A DNA stretch of 32,000 nt from Limnospira fusiformis SAG 85.79 (GCF_012516315.1 NZ_CP051185.1:299459-331458), one strand, 5' to 3'. Shown: positions 9,413 through 18,885, counted from the first letter of the stretch. The notes: generated by a model from the sequence alone, not told the origin. Translations and numbers: made by a program.

Positions 9413-10751
9413 GAGCCAGAATTTAATCCAAGATTTGCTTTACATCTTAGGACAATAAGGTACAATACCCAAAAAGATTCGCAACTCAATAATGAATATA
9501 CGGTGAAACCCCAGACCATGCCAAATTTCCCTGACGACATACTCATCAAGTCGGATTCATGGTAAAATAAAATCATGGCTTACAAAGCTTTCCGAACCAA
9601 ACTAAAACTCAATGACCGTCATCGCACCTTGATGGCCAAACACGCGGGTTATGCTCGGTTCGTGTTTAATTGGGGATTACACTTATGGAGGTCAGCTTAT
9701 GAAGAGGGACTCAAGCCTAATATCAACTCCATTAAAAAGGTTTTTACTCATTATGTGAAACCTCAATATCCTTGGATATCTGAATTGTCTTCTAAAGTTG
9801 ATCAATATGCCTTCATTAATCTAGGGGATGCCTTTAAGCGCTTCTTCAAGGGAATAAGCAGTTATCCTAAATTTAAGAAGAAAGGCTACCATGATAGCTT
9901 TACCCTTGACAATTCGGGAAAGCCATTCAAGTTGTCAGGAACTCGCCATAAGCTGCCTTTTGTGGGCTGGGTTTCTACGTTTGAGGCTCTACCCGAAAGT
10001 GGGGTTAAGAAAGTCACTATAACGCGCCAAGCAGGTGACTGGTATATTAGCTTTTTCGTAGAAATCACGCCAGAAATTACACCGAAATATCGAGAGAGAA
10101 TCGGGGTAGACCTAGGAATTAACAATTGGGCGACTTGCTCCGATGGGACCCAATTCTCTAATCCCAAGGCTTATAAAGCAGCCACCCAAAAACTAGCTCG
10201 ATTACAACGTCATTTAAGTCGCAAAGTCAAAGGCTCAAAAAATCGGGCCAAATGTCTCTTAAAAGTTCAAAAGCTACATCAAAGAGTAGCTAATATTCGC
10301 CGTGACACGATTCATAAAATAACTACTTTTTTGGCTAAAAACCACAGCCAAGTAGTCATTGAAGATTTGAATGTGTCTGGAATGCTGAAAAATCATGGTT
10401 GGGCGGGTTCTATCGCTGATGCTTCATTTTATGAGTTCCGTCGGCAACTAGGTGACAAGGCAGAACGTTATGGTTCAAAGTTGATTATTGCCGATAGATT
10501 TTATCCATCCAGTCAACTGTGTTCTAATTGCGGTTATCGTCAAAAAATGCCCCTAGTCCGTCGGACTTTTGAATGTCCAAACTGTGGCCTGAAGATTGAT
10601 AGAGATTTGAACGCCAGTATAAATTTAGAAAAATCGCCTGGTTCAGACGATTACACTTGTGGACGGGGTGCTGCCGACAGTCCCGGACGAAGCCAGAAAT
10701 AAACGTCAATATCCGGCTATGTCCGGTTTTGTTTAAGTTTTATAGAGCAGT
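9413..10751 (+). mobile_element. IS200/IS605-family element, tnpB-only (no tnpA), copy 1
   Basis: Boundaries are set by where identity with the inverted copy 2 (14413-16624) begins and ends. The left end starts at GAGCCAGAATTT and the right end stops at ...TATAGAGCAGT. Boundaries are good to about 3 nt. Confidence 0.85.
9575..10702 (+). CDS. tnpB: RNA-guided endonuclease TnpB (IS1341/OrfB type)
   Basis: 375 aa. The RuvC-like triad contexts are intact: GVDLGINN, VVIEDLNV and IDRDLNASINL. A CxxC...CxxC zinc finger is present (CSNCG...CPNCG). Confidence 0.9.
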   Translation: MAYKAFRTKLKLNDRHRTLMAKHAGYARFVFNWGLHLWRSAYEEGLKPNINSIKKVFTHYVKPQYPWISELSSKVDQYAFINLGDAFKRFFKGISSYPKFKKKGYHDSFTLDNSGKPFKLSGTRHKLPFVGWVSTFEALPESGVKKVTITRQAGDWYISFFVEITPEITPKYRERIGVDLGINNWATCSDGTQFSNPKAYKAATQKLARLQRHLSRKVKGSKNRAKCLLKVQKLHQRVANIRRDTIHKITTFLAKNHSQVVIEDLNVSGMLKNHGWAGSIADASFYEFRRQLGDKAERYGSKLIIADRFYPSSQLCSNCGYRQKMPLVRRTFECPNCGLKIDRDLNASINLEKSPGSDDYTCGRGAADSPGRSQK

Positions 10752-11086
10752 CCACCTGATGAACTATCAATAGGGGGGATGAGGAACTTTCGGGTTAAAC
10801 TTTAATCATCTGCCTTTGTGTGAGGGGAGGAAATGTCTAAAAAAATGATGACAATCAGCCCCCACCAGGTCAGCTAGAGCGGTATCTTTAGAGCAGTTAC
10901 TCAACATATGAGATCTTTAAGGGTTGTTTCCTCAATTGGGGATCTCGTGTAAATTTAGTTGACCCTGTGCTTTAGGGTACAAGGCCTGTCTATCCGGGGA
11001 CTGGTTACAGTCTGGGTAATGCAGGCAGTAAATATCAAAATGTCAATGGTGACGTTTTGTGGCAGTTTTATGGAGCAGAGTGAGCC

Positions 11087-11701
11087 GTGAATACACTGTT
11101 TAGCAAACTTAGAGATTTCGTAGGACTCAATGAGTCAGTTGAGTACGATTACGAATACGATGAAATGGAAGGGGAACAATACCAGAATATGTATCAAGCC
11201 CCTCAACCACAGGCTGCTCCTCTCATGTCAGAGGAAGAACGTCGTGGGTCTCGTCGCCCCCGTGAACGTGCTGTGGCGGCGGTCGGAGGTGGTAATATGA
11301 CATCTGAATCAGTAACAATGGGTTCAACAGGAATGAATAATGTAATTGGAATGCCAGGAGCGATCAACGGAATTTCGGAAGTGATGGTTATGGAACCTCG
11401 CACTTTTGAAGAAATGCCGGCCGCTATCCGCGCCCTGAAGGAACGCAAGTCTGTAGTTCTGAATTTGACGATGATGGACCCAGACCAAGCTCAGAGAGCG
11501 GTAGATTTCGTGGCTGGTGGCACTTATGCCCTCGATGGTCATCAAGAACGCATTGGAGAAAGCATCTTTCTGTTTGCTCCTAGTTGTGTTCAGGTTAGAA
11601 CTCAAGGTGGGGTGGCTAATGAGGTTCCCGGTGTGCGTCCCCGCGTGAGTTCTAGTCCTTCCTCGGCTTGGCAACCAGAAAAGGTCCAGGCGATGCAGTA
11701 G
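11087..11701 (+). CDS. sepF: Cell division protein SepF
   Basis: GTG start. The N-terminus is [14 protein letters not shown], followed by a disordered linker. The conserved SepF core is [34 protein letters not shown]...[17 protein letters not shown]. Confidence 0.85.
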   Translation: MNTLFSKLRDFVGLNESVEYDYEYDEMEGEQYQNMYQAPQPQAAPLMSEEERRGSRRPRERAVAAVGGGNMTSESVTMGSTGMNNVIGMPGAINGISEVMVMEPRTFEEMPAAIRALKERKSVVLNLTMMDPDQAQRAVDFVAGGTYALDGHQERIGESIFLFAPSCVQVRTQGGVANEVPGVRPRVSSSPSSAWQPEKVQAMQ

Positions 11702-11802
11702 TTGCGGGTGATGCAGATACGATGGGACAAGGGGAGATGTTTGGCAGGTGATAGTTATGCTTCTCCCCTAATCCTTAGCCCAAATTTTGAGATAATGGAC
11801 GG

Positions 11803-12609
11803 ATGAGTGAGTTTAAATTGGGATTGATTGGTGGCGGGGTCATGGGAGAGGCTTTGCTGTCGGGTCTGTTGGCGAAGCAGATTTATGCCCCGGGAATGGT
11901 GATGGTTAGTGACCCTTCTGGCGATCGCCGTCAGTTTCTGTCTGACAAATATGGGGTTGGGGTAACATCTGATAATCGGGAAGTGGCGAAAGCTACTGAG
12001 GTGCTGTTGCTGGCTGTCAAGCCTCAGATTTTTGGCTGGGTGGCTGACGATTTAAAAGGACTGCTAAAGCCGGGTACTATCATCATCTCTATTTTGGCGG
12101 GTGTTACCCTGTTTAAGTTGGAGAGGGTTTTTTCAGACTCTCCAGTGATTAGGGTTATGCCAAATACTCCCGCTACAGTAGGAGCCGGAGTTAGCGCTTT
12201 GGCTGCTGGTAGTTCCGTGGAACCTGCACAGATTAAACGCGCTACGGAGATTTTAGCAGCAGTTGGGGATGTGGTGGAAGTTCCAGAATATTTGATGGAT
12301 GCGGTAACCGGTTTATCGGGTTCTGGTCCTGGATATGTGGCGATTATGATTGAGGCTTTGACTGATGGAGGAGTGGCGGCTGGACTTCCTAGAGCGATCG
12401 CCTCAAAGTTGGCTCTGGATACCGTTTGGGGAACCGCTCAACTCTTGCGGGAATCTCAATTACACCCAGCCGAATTAAAGGATCGCGTCACCAGTCCAGG
12501 GGGTACAACTATTGCGGGAATTGCGGAACTAGAGGCGGCGGGTTTTCGCTCGGCTTTAATTAAGGCGGTGAAAGCGGCTGGCGATCGCTCCCGGGAATTA
12601 GGGAATTAG
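11803..12609 (+). CDS. proC: Pyrroline-5-carboxylate reductase
   Basis: Rossmann motif GLIGGGVMGEAL, plus VMPNTPA and the C-terminal VTSPGGTTIAGI. Confidence 0.9.
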   Translation: MSEFKLGLIGGGVMGEALLSGLLAKQIYAPGMVMVSDPSGDRRQFLSDKYGVGVTSDNREVAKATEVLLLAVKPQIFGWVADDLKGLLKPGTIIISILAGVTLFKLERVFSDSPVIRVMPNTPATVGAGVSALAAGSSVEPAQIKRATEILAAVGDVVEVPEYLMDAVTGLSGSGPGYVAIMIEALTDGGVAAGLPRAIASKLALDTVWGTAQLLRESQLHPAELKDRVTSPGGTTIAGIAELEAAGFRSALIKAVKAAGDRSRELGN

Positions 12610-13286
12610 GGGGTAGGGTCTGCTGAGAGTTTTTGACCAATGCGGGGTTCTGTACCCTGCAAAATCCGCTCGATATTGCTACGATGTCGCCAAATCACAT
12701 AAGTTCCGGCGGCGATCGCAAAAATTTGGTAGGGGAGGGGTTGTCCGGTGATAATCATTAAAGCCGCGATGGTGATAGCCCCAGCAATAGAACTTAAAGA
12801 TACAATCCGGGAAACAGCTAAAACCACCCCAAATACAATCAATGTAGCCAAAGCCAGCAGCCAATTGAGAGCAAATAAGATCCCCAAACTGGTAGCCACA
12901 GATTTACCGCCCTTAAAGCCTATCCATATAGACATTGTATGCCCGAATACGGCGATTAAGCCAGATAATGTGGCTATCGAGTAAGCCAAAACTTGAGGGG
13001 AGTCAATCCCAGCCATAGTAGCAATTTGGCGGGTTTCATTGAGGGAATACACCCAGAAAACCATAGCAATAGCAGCGACACCCTTCAAAATATCGACTGC
13101 TAAAACCATGATCGCTGGCAGTTTACCACAGGTTCTTAATACATTAGTTGCGCCAGTTGAACCAGAACCCTCCGCCCGGATATCAATACCATAGAACCAA
13201 AGGGCGATCGCATATCCAGTAGGAATTGAGCCCAGCAGATAAGCCACCACCAACACCACCCCATTGAGAATGAACCAATTAACCAT
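12606..13286 (-). CDS. plsY: Glycerol-3-phosphate acyltransferase PlsY
   Basis: Polytopic 226-aa protein with the PlsY signature GSGSTGATNVLR and the motif FKGGKSVAT. Confidence 0.9.
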   Translation of the reverse strand: MVNWFILNGVVLVVAYLLGSIPTGYAIALWFYGIDIRAEGSGSTGATNVLRTCGKLPAIMVLAVDILKGVAAIAMVFWVYSLNETRQIATMAGIDSPQVLAYSIATLSGLIAVFGHTMSIWIGFKGGKSVATSLGILFALNWLLALATLIVFGVVLAVSRIVSLSSIAGAITIAALMIITGQPLPYQIFAIAAGTYVIWRHRSNIERILQGTEPRIGQKLSADPTP

Positions 13287-13355
13287 ATTTAATCAAATTT
13301 CCTGCATCCATCGACAATTTGCAAACCGAATCCGACTAGCCTATATCAACTGCCC

Positions 13356-14405
13356 TCAAAACCTATCGAAGGATGACTGAGCCGCCGCCTGTGGGTCAGG
13401 AGCAAAAGCCAACCAGAGGGGAAACTGGAGCAACGAGAGGCTAATTTTGTCCTCTGTATCATCAATAATAATAAACGGAAGCCGACCATCATTAACCAAC
13501 CTGTCCGCTTTTTGAGCCAATAACTCTGGGTCTTCAAATAATCCCAACCCTCGCTCAGGTCCAAAATCACGGCGGTCAATTCCTAAGCAGTCTTGAAGTC
13601 CCCGCCGCCACTCTCCCAGGCGTTCTGGACTATTCGCCAAAACCAAAGTCCCCAAACGTCTGTCATAGAGACTTCTGAGAATAGATATAGTCGCCGAAGC
13701 CACCAGAATATTTTGCAGACGGCTTCCCATAGTCCGCAACGCACCGCGTCCACCTTGGTTAAAGAACCAATTAGAAACCTGTTTAGCGTGGATAGGCTCA
13801 AAAGTGCGGCGGAACTGCCAAGGGGGGCCATAATAGTCAGGATTAGTGCGGTATTGGTCAATAATCCGACGAATTTGTTTGGTTTGTTCAGCAAAAGCCG
13901 ACTTCGTAAATTGAGTATTAGGGTCAGGTTCAGCCACGGACTCCGCCGACTGACCTGCGGGAGTGGAACTAGCAGCAGGGGGAGTGATGGGTTCTTCTGG
14001 GATTAACTCAAGCTGTTCTGCGGTAGCCGCCAGGTCTTGAAGACTACCAACCAAATAATCTTTAAAACCTTGGACTCGGATAGCCAAATCCTGAGAAACC
14101 CCTGCAAAAGTAGTTCGCATTTCTTGCTCAATGCGTTCTCGGCGACGTTCGAGTTTTTCTACTTCCACCTGTAGAGTCTGTCGCCTCGCCTCCAACTGGC
14201 TGAGGGCTTCAGAAACCAGGTTTCCCATAGATTGAGTGAGGGCGGTTTGTTCCTGCTGTAATTTTGCCTTAGTTATCTGAAGTTGGGCAATTTCCTGCCT
14301 CAAATCTTCAGCCTGACGCTTGAGGTAATCTATAGGCTCGTCGGGGGACTGAGAGCCTGTGGTTAAATTAGGTTCAAGTGGTGATGATTCAGGTTGAGAA
14401 TTCAA
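13356..14405 (-). CDS. Conserved coiled-coil protein of unknown function (possibly DUF3086-like; recalled, unverified)
   Basis: The ORF runs to an ATG at 14507, but codons 1-31 are encoded by the right end of IS copy 2. I therefore place the start at the TTG at 14405, 7 nt outside the IS. A long heptad-rich region (LRQEIAQLQITKAKLQQEQ...VEKLERRRERIEQE) precedes a globular C-terminus. Confidence 0.5.
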   Translation of the reverse strand: MNSQPESSPLEPNLTTGSQSPDEPIDYLKRQAEDLRQEIAQLQITKAKLQQEQTALTQSMGNLVSEALSQLEARRQTLQVEVEKLERRRERIEQEMRTTFAGVSQDLAIRVQGFKDYLVGSLQDLAATAEQLELIPEEPITPPAASSTPAGQSAESVAEPDPNTQFTKSAFAEQTKQIRRIIDQYRTNPDYYGPPWQFRRTFEPIHAKQVSNWFFNQGGRGALRTMGSRLQNILVASATISILRSLYDRRLGTLVLANSPERLGEWRRGLQDCLGIDRRDFGPERGLGLFEDPELLAQKADRLVNDGRLPFIIIDDTEDKISLSLLQFPLWLAFAPDPQAAAQSSFDRF

Positions 14406-14461
14406 TGGTTGTACTGCTCTATAAAACTTAAACAAAACCGGACATAGCCGGATATTGATGT

Positions 14462-15585
14462 TTATTTCTTGCTTCGTCCGGGACTGTCGGCAGCACCCCG
14501 TCCACAAGTGTAATCGTCGGAACCAGGCGATTTTTCTAAATTTATACTGGCGTTCAAATCTCTATCAATCTTCAAGCCACAGTTTGGACATTCAAAAGTC
14601 CGACGGACTAGGGGCATTTTTTGACGATAACCGCAATTAGAACACAGTTGACTGGATGGATAAAATCTATCGGCAATAATCAACTTTGAACCATAACGTT
14701 CTGCCTTGTAACCTAGTTGACGACGGAACTCATAAAATGAAGCATCAGCGATCGAACCCGCCAAACCATGATTTTTCAGCATACCTGACACATTCAAATC
14801 TTCAATGACTACTTGGCTGTGGTTTTTAGCCAAAAAAGTAGTTATTTTATGAATCGTGTCCCGCCGAATGTTTGCTACTCTTTGATGTAGCTTTTGAACT
14901 TTTAAGAGACATTTGGCCCAATTTTTCGAGCCTTTGACTTTGCGACTTAAATGACGTTGTAATTGAGCTAGTTTTTGGGTGGCTGCTTTATAAGCCTTGG
15001 GACTAGAGAATTGGGTCCCATCGGAGCAAGTCGCCAAATTGTTAATTCCTAGGTCAACCCCGATTCTCTCTCGATATTTCGGTGTAATTTCTGGCGTGAT
15101 TTCTACGAAAAAGCTCATATACCAGTCACCTGCTTGGCGCGTTATAGTGACTTTCTTAACCCAACTTTCGGGTAGAGCCTCAAATGTAGAAACCCAGCCC
15201 ACAAAAGGCAGCTTATGGCGAGTTCCTGACAGATTGAATGGCCTTCCGGAATTGTCAAGCGTAAAACTATCATGGTGGCCTTTATTCTTAAATTTAGGAT
15301 AACTGCTTATTCCTTTGAAGAATCGCTTAAAGGCATCCCCTAGATTAATGAAGGCATATTGATCAACTTTAGAAGACAATTCGGACATCCAAGGATATTG
15401 AGGTTTCACATAATGAGTAAAAACCTTTTTAATAGAGTTGATATTAGGCTTGAGTCCCTCTTCATAAGCTGACCTCCATAAGTGTAATCCCCAATTAAAC
15501 ACGAACCGAGCATAACCCGCGTGTTTGGCCATCAAGGTGCGATGACGGTCATTGAGTTTTAGTTTGGTTCGGAAAGCTTTGTAAG
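14462..15585 (-). CDS. tnpB: TnpB, copy 2, separated from its ATG (16458-16460) by the nested intron
   Basis: I count 14 aa substitutions relative to copy 1 over 357 shared residues, and the RuvC and zinc-finger motifs are intact. In-frame sequence continues upstream of the track ORF (15535) to 15585 (PYKAFRTKLKLNDRHRTL). There it meets a TAA contributed by the intron tail. Confidence 0.75.
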
Positions 15586-16456
15586 GTTATGGTCGAAAGG
15601 GAAGTCACCTTCCCCAACTCCACTTCCAAACCGTACTTGAGACTTTCACCTCATACGGCTCCTAATGTAGATACCCTTTTTGTCACTAGGAACAGGGTTA
15701 CGAACCCCCGCTTTATGATTCCAACTTTGGGAGCTTGGCATACAACTCGTAGTCTTTAAACTCGCTCTCGTCATATTACTCCTACTTGTCGCAGTCTCCA
15801 TATCTACACCGTGACTAGTGGGCATATCCTAATCATTACAATTAGGCATTGGCTTTCAGTCACATCCTTTCCCCTCAATGGTATACGCTTACACTTTTCG
15901 CTACTCCTTGTGAGTAATATTGCTCACTTTTTTGATAAGGAGAACCAATGAGGAGTTTAAACGTTCCGTTTATATGGGCATTCCATCTTTAGACTTGTCC
16001 TCTCCACCGGGGTACTTAAAAAGGTCTGTGTAGGTGTTTTATGCAAAACCCTACTTTTCCCCTTGCTCTTTTGAGCGCAGCGTGGCAACCTATTACGCTG
16101 CTAAATCATTACGATGGTTCAAGCCAGACATTCGGTTTCCCTAGTCATGGATGGTTGGCAGTGGTCGCATTTGGTAGTAGGTTCTACCTCACGCCTTCCG
16201 TTCCCCGCTTCAATCCCAGAATCGTGTATCCTGAAATTGGGGGTGGCTATCGCCTTTACTCTCTACTCCCTGATTTCTCAGTTTGTTTATGACCTTGAGT
16301 CCCCTGCCTTGCTCAGATTTCTCCAAGCGTCGGGACATATAAACAGTTATGGGATGGTCAGGATACGAGTCCCTTATATTCCACCAAGGGGTGGAAGTCC
16401 CACTAGGAGGCTATTTCGGGCATTGCAGCCTTATTTGACTCCTAAACGTCTCGCAC
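15586..16456 (-). mobile_element. Complete ORF-less group II intron (871 nt)
   Basis: On the minus strand it starts GUGCGAGACG (16456 downward). Domain V lies at 15628-15661: GAGCCGUAUGAGGU-GAAA-GUCUCA[AG]UACGGUUU. A DVI-like hairpin follows and the intron ends ...CGACCAUAAC at 15586. The block is absent from the otherwise collinear copy 1. It is too short to hold a reverse-transcriptase ORF. Confidence 0.85.
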
Positions 16457-16841
16457 CATGGTTTGATTTTACCATGAAGAATCCGACTTGATGAGTATGT
16501 CGTCAAGGAAATTTGGCATGGTCTGGGGTTTGACCGTATACTCATTATTGAGTTGCGAATCTTTGGGGTTATTGTACCTTATTGTCCTAAGATGTAAAGC
16601 AAATCTTGGATTAAATTCTGGCTCTGGGTTCAAACTAGGGTAAGGTAGGGTGCGTCAAACCTACTCAATATCGATCATAATTATGCGATCGCACCATACC
16701 CCTGCTATTTCAATCCCAATCGAATAATTTTCGCCAAAGAGTGCGATCGCCTCCCGTAGCCTCCGGTCGGGTGCGTCATAACCCGGCTATATAAATGCCT
16801 GGGGATAATTCCCTGCTGACGCACCATAGAGACTATATTTG

Positions 16842-18758
16842 TTATTGGGGAATGTTGACTGTTGAGGGTTCTTTGGTCAAGAACAATTCCCGGATTTTTT
16901 CAGCAATTTGGGAACTTGTCAGACCCAGATCAACTTTGGATTGATCCGGTGTAGCATGATCCACCAATTGGTCAGGAATGCCGAACCGCTTAACAGGTAC
17001 TAAGACATCGTGATCCAGTAGTGCTTCTGCTACTGCGGAACCAAATCCACCCATTATGCAGCCTTCTTCCAGGGTGACGACTTTACCGATTTTTTGGGCT
17101 AAGGGTACAATCAGCTCTGTGTCTAGGGGTTTGACAAATCTGGCATTAACCACAGTGGCATCAATGCCGTGTTCACCGAGAATCTCAGCCACCTGCATAG
17201 CGGTGTTAACCATTGTACCATAGCCGAGTAATAGGAGATCATCGCCCTGGCGGAGAATTTCACCTTTACCGATCGCAATAGGTTCCCAGCCTTCTTCCAT
17301 AAGTGGAACCCCATTACCGGAACCACGGGGGTAGCGCATAGCGATCGGTCCTGAAGTATGATTAATACCAGTCACCAGCATTTGCTGCAATTCGGCTTCA
17401 TCTTTAGGAGCCATAATGGTCATATTGGGGAGACAGCGGAGATAGGCGATATCATACATTCCCTGGTGAGTGGGACCATCTACCCCTACAATTCCGGCGC
17501 GGTCCAAACAGAAGAAAACGGGCAAGTTTTGGATACAGACATCATGGATAATCTGATCATAGGCTCGTTGTAGGAAGGTGGAGTAAATCGCCACTACCGG
17601 ACGCATTCCCTCACAGGCTAAACCCGCCGCCAGAGTAACCGCGTGTTGTTCAGCGATACCGACATCGATATACTGTTCGGGGAGTTTAGCTTGTAGTTTA
17701 TCCAACCCTGTACCTGTTGCCATAGCGGCGGTGATACCCAAAATTTGGGAATTATCTTCAGCCAGCTTGACTAAGGTATCTGCAAACACTTTGGAATAGC
17801 TGGGAGGCTTGGGTTTGTTGGAGGGAATAGCCTTCCCGGTAGCCAGGTTAAAGGGTGATTGAGCGTGATAGCCTACTTGGTCTTTTTCTGCGATCGCATA
17901 ACCCTTACCTTTGACGGTGGAGACATGAACCATAACCGGGCCTTTAATTTCATGAGCTTGTTGGAAGGTTTCGATCAAATCTTCCAAGTTGTGACCATCC
18001 ACCGGTCCGATATAGGTGAAGCCCAGCTCCTCAATAATAGCACCCAATTTAGGTACAGCCAACCGTTTCATCCCTTCTTTGAGGCGTTCCATCTCCGGGG
18101 TAAAATTCTCACCCACAAAGGGAATTTGTTTAAACTGTTCCCGCAGATTATCTTTCAAAAATTGCACGGGGGGGCTCAGACGCATTTTATTCAAATAACG
18201 AGGAATCGCGCCGACATTGGGGGAAATCGACATTTCGTTATCATTGAGAACCACCATCAAGTTAGTGTTAGGTAGATGACCCGCATGGTTAATAGCTTCC
18301 AAAGCCATCCCCCCAGTCATCGCGCCATCGCCAATAATTGCCACTACTTTATAATTATCCCCCTGCATATCCCTAGCCAAAGCCATCCCCAGGGCGGCTG
18401 ATATGCTTGTCGAGGCGTGTCCGGCTCCAAAATGGTCAAAACGACTCTCGCACCGTTTCAGGTAGCCTGCTACCCCATCTTTCTGGCGTAGGGTATTAAA
18501 ATTGTTATAGCGTCCAGTAATCATTTTGTGGGGATAGGCTTGGTGTCCGACATCCCAAATGACTTTATCTCGGTCTAGGTCTAGGGTTTGGTAAAGTCCT
18601 AGGGTTAACTCGACCACTCCCAAACCCGGTCCCAAATGACCGCCAGTAGCTGCTACTGTTTCCAGGTGCTTTTCACGGATTTGTTGAGCCACTGCTTCCA
18701 GTTCATGGATAGACAAACCGTGGAGTTGATTGGGATGGGTCAGTTCACTTAGATGCAT
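16842..18758 (-). CDS. dxs: 1-deoxy-D-xylulose-5-phosphate synthase
   Basis: 638 aa. Motifs are [24 protein letters not shown] and the TPP-binding [13 protein letters not shown]. Confidence 0.95.
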   Translation of the reverse strand: MHLSELTHPNQLHGLSIHELEAVAQQIREKHLETVAATGGHLGPGLGVVELTLGLYQTLDLDRDKVIWDVGHQAYPHKMITGRYNNFNTLRQKDGVAGYLKRCESRFDHFGAGHASTSISAALGMALARDMQGDNYKVVAIIGDGAMTGGMALEAINHAGHLPNTNLMVVLNDNEMSISPNVGAIPRYLNKMRLSPPVQFLKDNLREQFKQIPFVGENFTPEMERLKEGMKRLAVPKLGAIIEELGFTYIGPVDGHNLEDLIETFQQAHEIKGPVMVHVSTVKGKGYAIAEKDQVGYHAQSPFNLATGKAIPSNKPKPPSYSKVFADTLVKLAEDNSQILGITAAMATGTGLDKLQAKLPEQYIDVGIAEQHAVTLAAGLACEGMRPVVAIYSTFLQRAYDQIIHDVCIQNLPVFFCLDRAGIVGVDGPTHQGMYDIAYLRCLPNMTIMAPKDEAELQQMLVTGINHTSGPIAMRYPRGSGNGVPLMEEGWEPIAIGKGEILRQGDDLLLLGYGTMVNTAMQVAEILGEHGIDATVVNARFVKPLDTELIVPLAQKIGKVVTLEEGCIMGGFGSAVAEALLDHDVLVPVKRFGIPDQLVDHATPDQSKVDLGLTSSQIAEKIRELFLTKEPSTVNIPQ

Positions 18759-18885
18759 AGTTGAAAATACTGATGCTAAAAATAAATTAACAATCGGGCT
18801 TGTCTGAATATGATAGCCCAGTCTTGACGCTGACGCTGAACTTTGTGGGGAAGGGTTATCGGGAGTCCGCTACAGATAGACTTCC

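Larger units (their letters stand above)
14413..16624 (-). mobile_element. IS200/IS605-family tnpB-only element, copy 2, inverted relative to copy 1 and carrying a nested group II intron
   Basis: The right end (14413-14461), tnpB body and left end (16457-16624) are all collinear with copy 1. The exception is an 871-nt block inserted at the tnpB start codon. Confidence 0.85.

Noticed and set aside
9331-9576. 81-aa minus-strand ORF spanning the pipY 3' end and the IS left end
   Set aside because: It crosses the IS boundary and overlaps pipY in antisense. The left end of IS605-type elements is structured non-coding DNA.
10524-10709. 61-aa ORF antisense to the tnpB 3' end, with a twin at 14455-14640
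   Set aside because: The apparent conservation is only because both lie in the duplicated IS. The region is expected to encode the tnpB C-terminus and omega-RNA scaffold on the other strand.
13346-14006. Three overlapping ORFs (77, 103 and 137 aa) inside the coiled-coil gene
   Set aside because: These are shorter alternative-frame ORFs within a continuous 350-aa frame that shows coherent coiled-coil periodicity.
16041-16491. Two plus-strand ORFs (83 and 125 aa) inside the intron block
   Set aside because: They lie antisense to a structured group II intron and cross the intron/IS boundary. They have no recognisable motifs or RBS, so they are chance ORFs.
9413-16624. Reading the two IS copies plus the enclosed genes as a composite transposon
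   Set aside because: IS200/IS605 elements transpose as single strands through subterminal hairpins and are not known to form composite transposons. No tnpA is present and the enclosed genes (sepF, proC, plsY) are core housekeeping genes in their expected synteny.
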